Source: Octopus vulgaris (taxonomy: Eukaryota). Taken from it: 64,000 nucleotides of DNA. Position numbers and translations under genes: made by a program. The stretch is from positions 48,112,001-48,176,000 of the forward strand of contig OX597829.1 of assembly GCA_951406725.2 (NCBI GenBank), given 5' to 3'. Shown piece after piece: positions 27,330-38,947 of the stretch. The notes below the pieces were generated by a model. It was not told the origin of the DNA and made no database searches. It was given only the letters and a program-made list of their open reading frames with translations. How positions within the stretch are numbered: position 1 is the first letter of the stretch; every line of letters starts with the position of its first letter.

Positions 27330-27561
27330 CAAAGCGTAAAGCGCCCTCTGACGGATAACTACCAAAACTTGTGACTGACGACTGATTAATTGAGTGGCCA
27401 AAGGGGATAACTCTTACCTTTATAGACGCCTCCACTCATTTTATTTGTTAAAAAAAAAAAAATCTTCAAAAAAATTTCTTCTTTACTCAACACTCATACT
27501 CTCTCTCTCTCTCAACCTCTCCACTCCAACGCTATCTCTTACAATAACATGAGTCGTGACC
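27330..27561 (-). promoter_or_regulatory. Candidate promoter / 5' exon of the minus-strand gene
   Basis: Non-repeat, CpG-retaining segment with a ggtcacgac motif (27561-27553), a GA-rich leader, a strong donor AAG|gtaaga (exon end 27418), a second donor TTG|gtaggt (exon end 27330) and T-rich intron-like sequence after it. The link to AMDHD2 is inference. Confidence 0.4.
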
Positions 27562-27792
27562 TTCCCGTCTTTTTTTTCTTTTTTGAGGTTTTTTTTTAAT
27601 TAGTTATGTAAGATTATAATTGACCATTGTGACATTTCGCTTAAGATTTGCGGAAAGTTAGCTGTTTTTTCTAGTACCCATCATTTTTTTCTTCTACGCA
27701 TAGTATACCATTGTGTATGTATGTATGTATGTGTTTTGTAGTTTCGTTGTATTACAAAAGTTTTTAATTAATCATATTAATTTCAGTATTCG

Positions 27793-28207
27793 GGATCTTT
27801 TCGGTTTGAACGGCAGTTTTTTCTAGCGGTGTCATATGAAATTGTCACCCATAATTATTACCCTAGAATCGATCTATTGCATTTCAATCTGTTTTAGGGT
27901 TAGGGATGGGGGGAAGGGTATCTTTTTTTTTTGTTCAGAAATGTAAATAAACCCAATCTGTTTCTTAAACGAGCGACATATTCATACGGCACAGAATGTT
28001 TTCGCCTCAATAGACGTCATTAATAGGTTGAAATTGCAGAAATTGAAGAAATAAAAACAACAGATATCTTACAAACTACAGAATTTTCTCAATAAAGCCA
28101 AGAGGAAAAGATGTTTTATAAACACATTCTACCAGTATAAGAAGTTTAAAAGTGTTTAGTTACGTGGAAATTATTTTTAAAAACTGCCGTTCAAACCGAA
28201 AAGATCC
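27793..28207. mobile_element. Monomeric GGATC-ended MITE, 8-bp TSD
   Basis: TIR ggatcttttcggtttgaacggcagttttt / aaaaactgccgttcaaaccgaaaagatcc. Perfect TSD agtattcg at 27785-27792 and 28208-28215. Confidence 0.95.
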
Positions 28208-28397
28208 AGTATTCGTTGTATCTGGGGAGAGCCATTCTCTTTTAGTGCCTTATAATTTATCACACTCACCGTTAAAATCTCCACACATTTATTTCTTTTT
28301 CTAGAATTTTCGTTGCGTCTTGCAACCTTTTCAAAAGTTGTTGACTCAGTATTGTTTTGTTTTTCTTTAATGCAATATTTGTTACGGGGCATGAAAG

Positions 28398-29109
28398 GGA
28401 TCTTTTCCTTTTGAACGGCAGTTTTCAACACAATTTCCAGTTAACTAAACACTTTTAAACTTCGTATACTGGTAGAATGTGTCAAAATAAAACAGTTTTT
28501 TTCTCTTGGCTTTCTTGAGAAAATTGTAATTTGTTTGTTTAACGTAGTTTAATTTTTCGAATTTTAACCAATTTTAACTATTTAGCTAAAATCATTTGCT
28601 GCATCTAAAACAGACAACATCCTGTCACTAACCCTAACCCTAAATTTTAGCCTTTCGGTTGTTTTTTTTTCTTAATTGTTAAATTAATTTAAGGATAACA
28701 ATTAAGAAAAAAAAAATGAAAGCAATGGAAAATAATTTTAATTTAACAATTAAGAAAAAAAAACGAAAGCAAAAACTAAAAATAAAAACAAAATAATTTA
28801 GACACACGCGTAACAATTAAATTAATTTAACAATTAAGAAAAAAAAACGAAAGGCTAAAATTTAGGGTTAGGGTTAGTAACAGGATGTTGTCTCAGTATT
28901 AGACACAGCAAATGATTTTAGCACAATAGAGGACATAGGATTGGTTAAGATTCGAAAAATTAAACTACGTTAAACAGATTACAATTTTCTCAAGAAAGAC
29001 AAGAGAGAAAAATGTTTTATTTTGACACATTCTACCAGTATACGAAGTTCAAAAGTATTTAGTTAACTAGAAATTGTGTTGAAAACTGCCGTTCAAAAGG
29101 AAAGGATCC
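28398..29109. mobile_element. Second fold-back GGATC-ended element
   Basis: Long inverted arms with internal ctaaccctaaccctaa / ttagggttagggttag. TSD catgaaag / catgaagg (7/8). Confidence 0.9.
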
Positions 29110-29439
29110 CATGAAGGTACATAAACCTAAAAAAGCAATAAGAAATGTTGGTATTTCTGCAGCGAATGTTGTCCTCTACCCTTAACTAGTTTTGGTCTCT
29201 CCATTATAAATCCGATGTTTCTGTATATTCTTTTAGTAGCTGGTGTACCCGGTAATTCCTGGGGGTAAAAATGTTCTATTGAAACGCCTTATTACTCTGA
29301 TATAAGAAAGCAATTTCGTTATAACTGCCCAAAATGTGTATTTTCCGTCACGAAAAAGCACAAAAATTTGTTAGTTGTAGGAGGGAGAGATTGTTGGAAA
29401 TTGGCGAGAAATATTGTCGGAGGTTGGTAAGAGAGGTTC

Positions 29440-29815
29440 TTTCTTTATTGCCCATAAAGGGCCAACATAGAGGGGAACAATACAACATGCTATGGGGGGG
29501 GGTCGTGTACATCGAATGGGATTATAAACTTTTATACAAAAATGATTATAAAAACGGATGACACACAAATTACAAAACAAACAATAAAAGGACAATACGA
29601 GGTTACAAAAACATGTGTGCCCCGACCCCACGAGCCTTGTCTTGTCAAACAGACACCTTTTGGAAGTCCTTACAGCGTGCTCACACAGGGCCTTTCACTC
29701 CCAGCATCCGCTGAGGTTACTCCCAGCATCCGCTGAGTTGAGGCATCTCTGGCTCTACCTGGATGGTGAACGGGTGTGCTCTCTGCTCGCTAAACGGATG
29801 TTTCCCCGCGTTACA
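29440..29815. mobile_element. Rearranged L1/Tx1 fragments
   Basis: Minus-strand 3' tail at 29440-29480. Plus-strand LRHLWLYLDGERVCSLLAKRMFP is similar to LRHLKRFLDGEQVWSSFVRRDFP of the 39-40 kb element. Confidence 0.6.
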
Positions 29816-30342
29816 AGATCAGTGCTGGAGCACCGCCTTGAAAAGATTTTAGTCAAGCAAATCAACACTCAGGACTTGTGTTTTTAAAGCCTAGTACTTA
29901 TTCTATGTGGAGGCGCATCATAATGTTAAGATTGTGGTTTCGATTCCTGGACCGGGCGACGCGTTGTGTTCTTGAGCAAAACACTTCATTTCACATTGCT
30001 CCAGTCCACTCGGCTGGCAAAAATGAGTAACGCTGCGATGGACTGGAGTCTCGTCCAGCTGGGGAACACATACGCCATTGAAACCGGGAAACCTGGCTAG
30101 GCTTTAAAAGGGCGCATTTATTTATTTTACTTATTCTATTGGCATCTTTTGCCGAACCGCTAAGTCATGATGAGCCAGACATGACTTGAGAAGGAACAAA
30201 CAACAGTCGATTGCATCGACTCCAGTGTTCCAATGGTACTTATTTCATAGACTCTGGAATTTGAACTCATAACGTAAAGACGAACGAAATACCGCAAAGC
30301 ATTTTGTCCGGCATGCTAACAAAAACTATGCAAAACAACAAT

Positions 30343-30616
30343 AACGAGCACTCAGAGAGGCAACATCAATGTCCTCTCAACGATTAGCCGGAGATGATTT
30401 TTAAAAGTAAAAATACAGGAAAAATAATCCAGAATCCTTGTCCGGTATCGGATCGATCTCAAACTTTAATCAGTTTGTGCCAGTTACGAGGCCAAACGTC
30501 CCTGAAAGTTTCATCTGAATCCATCCAGCAGTTCCTAAGATATCTTGTCCACAGACAGACAAACAAACAAACACGACTGAAAACAACACCTCCGCCTTCG
30601 CTAAGGCGGAGGTAAT
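30343..30616 (+). mobile_element. Non-autonomous element with terminal hairpin (Helentron/HINE-like)
   Basis: aagtttcat...acagacagacaaacaaac microsatellite followed by an 11-bp hairpin acctccgcctt-cgct-aaggcggaggt (30588-30613). Confidence 0.55.
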
Positions 30617-32002
30617 AACATTAAAAGAACGCGACAGCTATCGAGGGCAGTTGACCAGTGAACCGTGCAATCGGTGTAAGATTTCAAAGATAATTGGTAT
30701 CGTCACACCAGTTGATATGTCACTTGTTGAGGAAGGAAACCACAACAACGCTGAACGAAAAACAAATATGTATAAGTGTATTTCTTGCAAAGAACAAGAA
30801 ACTTAAATTTGCGGCAGTGAAAGGAAAATATCTCGAAGGAGTTTGGTCCTCAGTGTCACACATATATAAAGAGAAACATTATGCGACGGTAGTTGCAATG
30901 TGTGTTAACGAACAAAAAGCTCAAAGAATGGCATCAATAATATGTATCTCCCAGACTTTATATTGGTAAAGGTTGAATTGAATTCCTCATACAATAAGTG
31001 AAAATAGTAAAACACACGCGATCACACACATACACACACCCCAGTACCAAAGACCTCGTCAGAAGAAGGGTGTCTGGTGAAGGCTTTTGTCGGGGATAAG
31101 AGGAAGGAGTGGCTGTGTAGTAAGTAGCTTGCTTACTAACCACATGGTTCCAGGTTCAGTCGCACTGCACGGCGCCTTGGAAAAGTGCCTTCTGCTATAG
31201 CCTCGGCCGACCAAATCCTTGTGAATGGATTTGGTAGACGGAAACTGAAAGAAGGCCGTCGTATATATATATGTTTGTGTGTCCGTGTTTGTTCCCCCAC
31301 CATCGCTTGACAACTGATGGTGTGTTTACATCCATGTAACTTCGCGGTCCGGCATAAACGACCAATAGAAAAAGTACTAGGCTTACAAAAATAAGTATTG
31401 GTATCGATTTCTTCGACTAAAGGCGGTGCTCCAGCATAGCCGCAGTCAAAAAGTAATAAATTAAATAGACATAGCCCTAAATTGAAGGCGATGAGATATG
31501 ACGGGAAAATAGAAAAAGTCCGTCTTAAAATCAACACTGTCATCACAACAAGAAAGCCAACTTTTACAAACACATTCATAACTGCGAATTAATAAAAATC
31601 ACGAGAAAAACACCCGGAACAATATCATGACTAACAGTCACACACTCGTGTGCATACTTCCTTTGTCAACCCCACTGTCGTTCAGAAGAGCAACATTGGA
31701 TTGACTGAGGACGTAATTAACAATGAAAACATTCTGACAAGTGGGGAAGGTTTTGCTGCACTTCTCTCAAAAATATCATCGGACAGAATGCTGATAAAAA
31801 AAAAATGAAACTTATACAAAAACGTATCTGGACTTAAAAGAGAAATTTTCCTAGGACAATTGGGAGTTCAATAAATGCTCCTCCAAAATGCATTCTAGAG
31901 AAATCTTTCCTTATTTACCCTCCTTAACCAGAAGTCTGCTTCAACAGGTACCTTCGAAGATCACAGTAAATAGCTTCTTCATTTTCTTTTCTCTAACCTA
32001 AA

Positions 32003-33000
32003 ATGGCTACACTCAGGGTAGTCGTTCGGTTCAATTTGGAAGCAAGGTCACACGCTCAACAATCTCCAGTCGCTCGATATAGACGTGATAATCATCAACG
32101 AGACGAGAATTTCTGGAGCGCACGTACTGGCGCCCTTTTCGACATTATCATCTCGTCGTCTGTCGGGAACCAGCGGCGGGGATAGTAATGCTCTTCCAGA
32201 AATCCTGAGATCTCAAAGTGCAGACAATCTTCTTGGACAAGGACGGTAAGGTGGTGTTCCTAGAGGCGCACGGCAGCGAAGATTGCGCCTTTAGACTGGT
32301 GGCCGTTTATGCCCTACTGGAGCAGGATGACCAGATTACTTCAGGTGTCTAGAAGCATTCCTGAGAATGTCTCGCTCTTTAGTACTAGTGGTGGACTGGA
32401 ATAGTATTTTGGATTCACAGATCGACTATTTGGGGCTAGCGCATAGCAGAAGTGGGCGCAAAAGCCTCGAAAACTTGCTCAAAAACTTCCAGTTTTTTGA
32501 CAAGTACCGACTAGATTTTCCTGATGTACTAGTGTGGAAATAGAGCAGCCACAGTGAATCATCCAGTACATATCTAGATAAGTTATTTGTTAGGTCAATG
32601 AATACCTAGCGTAAGACGTCAATACCTCAAACTGGTCGCCTACACAGACCAAAAAATTTGTGATCTGCTCGGTTGATTTTGATAAGACCTGTAGACAATG
32701 ACTCAGTTACTGGGAGCTGAACGCATTCCAATCGGCAAGCAAAAAATACAGGAACCGGATTAGTGAACAAGTTAAGCGGTAGTTGATGGTGGCAATCGTC
32801 AACAACCGTTCGTGGGTTGCCTAAAGAAGGCGATTAGAGTAGAATCGATAGTAAAGAGCTAGAAATAAAAAGAAATAGATGAGAGAGAGAACTAGTAAGC
32901 AATCAAGGGGAGGTAATTAATTAAGGCATCGCGACCGACGTGTTAGCGGTGAGAATGGCTCTCAGCTATTTCTTCGAGGTAAAACATAAAGGCCTTACCT
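32003..33000 (+). mobile_element. Degenerate L1/Tx1 ORF2 AP-endonuclease domain
   Basis: Motifs DVIIINETR, FRLVAVYAPTG, LVLVVDWNSILD, FDKYR and YLDKLFV, with in-frame stops. Confidence 0.85.
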
Positions 33001-33489
33001 CTCTGTCAGTGCTAAGGCCCGTCCGCTCAAACACAATGTAACTAAAACCGTCCGAAAACCCACGAAAAGGCGGACAAAGATGCAAATGCGTACATCGCCT
33101 CCGTTATTATTTATCGCATGACTGTTGTGTCTTGTCCCAGCTATCGCTTTATCTGTTTAGAACATCTGTTATATATTTCCTGTGCAAGGGACGCATTCGA
33201 ATGTTCTGGTGGTCAGCCTACTGCCAACATCCTCTGCATGACGGCTTAGGCATGCCGTAGTTTCTGATGCACAGACACTCCATTAGGTTACACTAACTGT
33301 AATGATTTCTAGACTGCTAACACATCTTTCCGCAGCTCGATACCTTGACGGAGTTGCAGTCTTGACTGAAAACCGAAAATGGTCACCTGGCACCTAGAGT
33401 CGACAGGTTCTACCAGCCCTCTACCAGTCGAACAATGTGAGTAATATATAGAGGATTGGTGGCCAAGAAATGGAACCATGTCTTTCCTC

Positions 33490-33795
33490 CTTTCGGGGTC
33501 GATAAATTAAGTACCAGTTCGAACTGAGGCCGATGTAAGCGACTTAATCTCTTTGTCTGTCCTTGTTTGTCCCCTCTATGTTTAGCCCCTTGTGGGTAGT
33601 AATGAAATAGGTATTTCGTCTGCCGTTACGTTCTGAGTTCAAATTCCGCCGAGGTTGACTTTGCCTTTCATCCTTTCGGGGCCGATAAATTAAGTACCAG
33701 TTACGCACTGGAATCAATATAATCGACTTGATCCCTTTGTCTGTCCTTGTTTGTCCCTCTCTGTGTTTAGCCCCTTGTGGGTAGCAAAGAAATAG
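33490..33795 (+). mobile_element. OK-like SINE, partial dimer
   Basis: Two body units joined at gaaatag|gtatttcgtctgcc (~33610). Confidence 0.85.
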
Positions 33796-34087
33796 AAATA
33801 GATTGTTGTTGTTGTTGTTTAATATCCACTTTGTCACGAAGCCAAAAAATGAATCTCTGATCTAACGACATTGAAACATGGGATCTTCTTAAGATTCGCA
33901 CCACAAGCGGAGTCACTCTGATTGAACTAATCATGCACAATTAACGTCCTTGCCTGTTTGTAAATTATCACTTTTCTCTTAAACATGTAAATTTATTTAC
34001 AAGTATTATTATTTTTTAGCTTTTGTATTTGGTTTGCAAGATTATTGATTTGACCCAATGTGTTGAAACATATTTCGCTGCATCTTA

Positions 34088-34375
34088 GGAGGGTCATTGC
34101 GCAAATAATAAACATGCACTGGTTCTATTTCACTTCTTTATCATTCATCAATTGGTTACCCATTTAACCAACTAATTAGTCGGTTGTTTACCAGATCAGT
34201 CAGTTTACCAATCAATCAAGTAATCGATTGTGTTTGCCAAACTCCTTCCATGGCCATTTGCGATCTCAACGACGAAAGGATTTGATTGGCTGGATGATTA
34301 CTCAAATAGTCAATTAATTAGTCGGAAGTGAAGCAGACCTTGTGCGTGTGTTTATTATTGGCATAATGACCCTCC
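34088..34375. mobile_element. Old MITE-like inverted-repeat element
   Basis: ggagggtcatt...aataataaacatgcac...tcacttc versus gaagtgaa...gtgtgtttattatt...aatgaccctcc, flanked by TA on both sides. Confidence 0.55.
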
Positions 34376-34464
34376 TAAGTGACAACAAAGCTCTGTGGTC
34401 AGTACAAAGGACATGAAAACGGACGAAATGCTGCTAAGCATGTTACCCGGCGCGCTAACGATTC

Positions 34465-34850
34465 TTATTTCTTTATTGCTCTCATGGAGCTAAACATAGA
34501 GGGGACAAACAAGGACAGACAACGGGATTAAGTCGATTACATCGACCCCAGTGTGTAACTAGTACTTAATTTATCGACCCCGAAAAGATGAAAGGCAAAG
34601 TGGACCTCGGCGGAATTTGAACTCAGAACGTAACGGCAGACGAAATACCTATTTCTTTACTACCCACAAGGGGCTAAACACAGAGAGAACAAACAAGGAC
34701 AGACAAACAGATTAAGTCGATTAAATCAACCCCAGTGCGTAACTGGTACTTATTGAAGCAACCCCGAAAGGATGAAAGGCAAAGTTGACCTCGGCGGAAT
34801 TTTAACTCAGAACGTAGCAGCAGACGAACTACCGCTAAGCATTTCGCCGC
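34465..34850 (-). mobile_element. OK-like SINE dimer
   Basis: Same unit and junction (gacgaaatacctatttc at ~34640-34656) as the 23 kb array. Confidence 0.85.
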
Positions 34851-35193
34851 CTTTGACTGTTTTGTCATATGGAGAGACATTTCAACTGTGAACATCTTGC
34901 CTTTCTGTATACCTAGAGTTCTATAGTTCAATGTGACATTCCGCTCTCCAAAATCGATTTTATGAGAGACTGCTGTTTCTGGCAAGTCGAGTAATCACAG
35001 ATAGTTCATCGATAAAATGTGGAGAATGAGTAATGAGTAAGGGAGAGAAGCATGTCAAAACTGGTGCGTTTGAACGAAGCTAACACACAGGGTGCTATTT
35101 TAGAGGAGGAGAAACTATTGTTAAGCAACTATAGAAGCTGGGGGAATTAAATGTTCGTTTGTGAGCCAAAGTCTATAACAAAATCAGTTAATC

Positions 35194-35320
35194 ATTTACA
35201 TTTGACGGATATTTGTCCTCATCTTGTTTGTTGCTTGTGTTAACAACAAACAAGATGAGGACAAATATCCATCAAATGTAAATAACGTACATCATTCCTC
35301 ATCTCTTAAATATAGAACAG
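35194..35320. mobile_element. Inverted pair of Penelope-like terminal-repeat fragments
   Basis: atttacatttgacggatatttgtcctcatcttgtttgttg followed by its reverse complement. The same tail follows the hammerheads at 37061 and 41205. Confidence 0.75.
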
Positions 35321-36142
35321 AATAAGTTAAAGAGTGATGTGTCAAATACCGCACGCAAAAGAATTTCTATATAATTGAAATTTCTGCAGAATCGTAAGAA
35401 CAAGGGAGATAATTTCAAACAATTATGTCCCCTTGCTGTCCCTGAATTTTAAAATTTAATTTATTCATTTGTTTTTATAGGATAGAAAGTTTATATTTTG
35501 TTGCAACCGAAAGAGAACTATGAACAAGTTCCAGTTTGTCATATTTCATCCATTAGGATGGATATGTTAATAAATTAGAATTTTTATTTTTATTAATTAT
35601 CAAATTAATGTCATTAGTCCTTTACAGTTATTTCCCCTACATTATTTTAGCTTTTATTTTTAATCTTGCGATTACCAGCACGACTATATTTTTTTTTTTA
35701 AAAAGAAAGGTCACTACGCAAACATATAGTTCATAAGAAAATATATATCGTTTGTGATTCAGTCCTATTAAGCAGTATCTTGGACAAGTGACTTCAGCTA
35801 GAGCCACGGTTCAACACGATTACTCCCCCTTTTCTTCACAACGACTGGATTTTGTTTTTGTCAACTGAGAACGAAATTTCAGTTCGCGTTTATCTCTTTA
35901 CAGTCAAGAGTTAGGACATAGTGGGACATAGTTTTGAAAGATTTAGTTCAACAAATCAACTCCAGTACTTATTTTTAGGTCAAGCATCTTTTGCCAAACC
36001 GCTAATTTAGGAAAACGTAAACAGACCATCACCGGTTGTCAAGACAAATAGTAGAAGACAAAGAGAAACGCGCAAACACACACGTGCAAAAACGAACACA
36101 CACACACGCACGCACACACACACACACACACGCACACACACA

Positions 36143-36205
<63 letters not shown>

Positions 36206-36544
36206 TATATAAAGGCGTCGATTTGGCAGAATCGTTAGTGTGTCAAACAAAATATTCGGCTGTTTTTCTCTTGGCTTTACGTTCTGAGTTCAGTTTGCAC
36301 TAAGGTTACCTTTGCCTTTCATCTTTTAAGGGTAGATACTATAAGTACCAGGTGAATACTGTGGTCGATGTAATCAGCTCAATTTATTCCCCTAAATTTA
36401 CTGGCCTTGTGCCAAAATTTTAAACCATTATGACGCAGCTAGCCGGGAGAATTGCTTCGCACATGGGACAAAATACTTAGTGGTATTTTATCCAACTTCA
36501 TGTTCTGAGTTCAAATCCCACAGGGGTTGGCTTTGTTTTTCACT

Positions 36545-36905
36545 CTTTCATGCGACCCATATGACATCAGGATAGTATTCAAATGTAAAACAACACATCG
36601 CAAATATCTCCTTCGTATAAAACCACCAATAGAAGAGAATATGGCCAAGAACTGCCAGTGCTCCATCCCATGCAGTTGTGGTAGGTTATACAAAGGCGAA
36701 ACATGCCGCACCCTCAAAATAAGGGTAGACGAACATCGCAAAGCTGTGACACAGAGATGTTGATAAATCAGATATAGCTGATCATGTATGGGAAAATGGA
36801 GACCACCTCTCCTTGTGGGATGAAGTTAAAATAATAGACAGAGAACACCACTGGAAGATACGAAAACTAAAAGAAGCAGCACATATGCTAGGACACCACA
36901 ACCTT
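36545..36905 (+). mobile_element. Penelope-like element, GIY-YIG endonuclease remnant
   Basis: IRIVFK...SIPCSCGRLYKGETCRTLKIRVDEHRKA, then after a frameshift KSDIADHVWENGDH...WDEVKIIDREHHWKIRKLKEAAHM. These are typical PLE GIY-YIG motifs. Confidence 0.92.
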
Positions 36906-36913
36906 CTATAATT

Positions 36914-37160
36914 GCCCACGGGCATATGGCATTGTGGTTAAGAACACGGACTACTAACCCCAAGATTCCGAGTTCGATTCCAGGCAGTGACCTCAATAAT
37001 AATAATAACAACATCAAAAAGTACCTTAGGAATGAGAACCCAGGTTCAAAATTTCCCCAAGACACCTGATGAAGGCTGGAGGGTATATCAGCCGAAACAT
37101 TGTGTTAACAACAAGAAAAATGAAGACAAATATCCGTCAAATATAAATAATGTAGATAAT
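36914..37160 (+). mobile_element. tRNA-like head + (AAT)n + Penelope-type hammerhead terminus
   Basis: A-box-like tggcattgtggtt, B box gttcgattcc (36972-36981), (AAT)n, hammerhead and tail. The same order occurs on the minus strand at 38524-38834. Confidence 0.8.
37061..37106 (+). ncRNA. Minimal type I hammerhead ribozyme motif (Penelope-type)
   Basis: GACAC-CUGAUGA-a-GGCUGG/UCAGCC-GAAA-CAUU-GUGUU. Stem I GACAC/GUGUU. The minimal stem III has a G-to-A change relative to the ACGU palindrome seen in the 38.6 kb copy. Confidence 0.75.
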
Positions 37161-37164
37161 GCAA

Positions 37165-38070
37165 AAATAATGTTTAGCAGTTCAAAATGCAGAATTAAGT
37201 CGGCTGATCGTGAAAATCAAATATTGATCACTTCACTAAAAACTGCAGGTGGTATGGGTTATTTCCCTTGGGTTGTTTATATAAAATATTAGTGATATGT
37301 AGTAGATAGAAGGATCTATTGCAGGGGCCCTGTTATCGATTTTTTCCAACAATCTAAGTATGTCGCGAGGTGTCCAGACATGTGTTCTACTCAGGTGTCA
37401 AATAAAGTATAAAAGGGATATTGTCTGCAAAAATTAGAAACTAGACACACAAAAAAATCAATGTTTCATGAAAATGGTGTATGAACAGTAAATGTGATTT
37501 GTAAAATAAGTATAAGTGATACAGGGTGTCCCAACTGAATGTGGTGTGGAAGTTTAGCTTCATTTTTTAAGAATTTTGAGCATTCAAAGAATGGAATCAA
37601 AAATTTATGTACTGTCATCGAAAAATTTTAACAGGAAAAATGCAGAATTATCAGAGTTATGGACATTGAAAGTGTGCCTGCATCAAGAAAGTGCATTAAT
37701 AAGGTTTAGCAGTTCAAAACTGTGAGTCGTGAAATGCAGAATTAGGTCTACTGATCGTAAGATTCAAATATTGATTGCTTTACTAAAAACTAACAACTGT
37801 AAGCGCAGGTGGTATGGGTTAGTTCCCTTGAGTGTTTAAAAAAATGTTGTGCAGATGCTATGGGCTACTTCCCTTGGATTTTTTTTTAAAATTAGTTATA
37901 TGAGGTAGATATAAAGATCCCTTGCAGGGGCTATATTATTGATTTTTTTTCAACAATCTGTGTATGTCGCAAGGTTTCCACACGAGTTCTACTCACGTGT
38001 CAAGTTTCATTAAAATCAATAAAACAATGTGGGAGGAGTTAGCTAACATACACACATACATATATACGTT
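37165..38070 (+). repeat. Diverged direct duplication, possibly Helentron-like internal repeats
   Basis: 37168-37400 resembles 37698-38003 (gtttagcagttcaaaa...gcaggtggtatgggtta.ttcccttg...ttgcagggg...tgtatgtcgc). Confidence 0.6.
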
Positions 38071-38575
38071 TATCAATTTGTGTTGAAAGATTCTTGATGT
38101 GAAATTGTGTATTGAAACAGATATTGTTGTATTTTGGGATGCTCAGTTTTTTTCTTCTTTTTGTCAGATAAATACACGCACTATATATATTTTGAGTGTG
38201 TTTATTTGGCAAAAAAAAACCGTCCCAAAGTACAGCATACAAACATATATATATATATGAAACAAAAGCGACTGAAGAAGGGAATGTTCCTTGTTTTGTA
38301 TGTCCTGTACTCTATTTTTTCGTTGTTTAAGAAAAATGTCCATTTCCTTGGTTTTGTGTTTATGTTTTCGTTTCTCATTGTGTTCGACGTTTTTTTTTTT
38401 TTTTGTGTGTGTCCTGTACCCATATATGCAAGTATATATACATGTAGAGGTAGGTACGTACATATATGTATGTATATATTCATATGTTTTATTTATTTAT
38501 TAATTTATATATATATATATTCCTTATTTACATTTGAGGGATTGACGGATATTTGTCCTCATCTAGTTTATTGTT

Positions 38576-38626
38576 GACATTAACGTTTCGGCTGATATTC
38601 CTCCCCACCAACCTTCATCAGGTGTC
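38576..38626 (-). ncRNA. Minimal type I hammerhead ribozyme motif (Penelope-type)
   Basis: Minus strand GACAC-CUGAUGA-a-GGUUGGU...AUCAGCC-GAAACGUU-aaUGUC. Core and ACGU palindrome intact, stem I imperfect. Confidence 0.7.
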
Positions 38627-38678
38627 TTGAGGGAATTTCGAACCCATGTTCTCATCCCTCAGGTATTTTTCGATGTTG

Positions 38679-38756
<78 letters not shown>

Positions 38757-38947
38757 TCACTTCCTGGAATCGAACTCGGAATCTTGGGTTAGTAGTTCGC
38801 GCTGTTAACCTCTACGCCATATGCCCGTGGGCATAGTGGTTAAGAGCGCAGGCTACTAACCTCAAGACTCCGCGTTCGATTCCAGGCAGTGAGCTGAATA
38901 ATAATAATAATAACAATAATAATAATAATAATAATAATAATAATTAA

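Noticed and set aside
27418-27439. MSGGVY start resembling ACTL6A/BAF53 (MSGGVYGGDEV)
   Set aside because: Similarity ends after six residues and no actin-like exon was found downstream.
36920-36990. tRNA gene with an ACT anticodon-like loop
   Set aside because: No clear acceptor stem or terminator, and it is part of a dispersed repeat. Treated as a SINE-type head.
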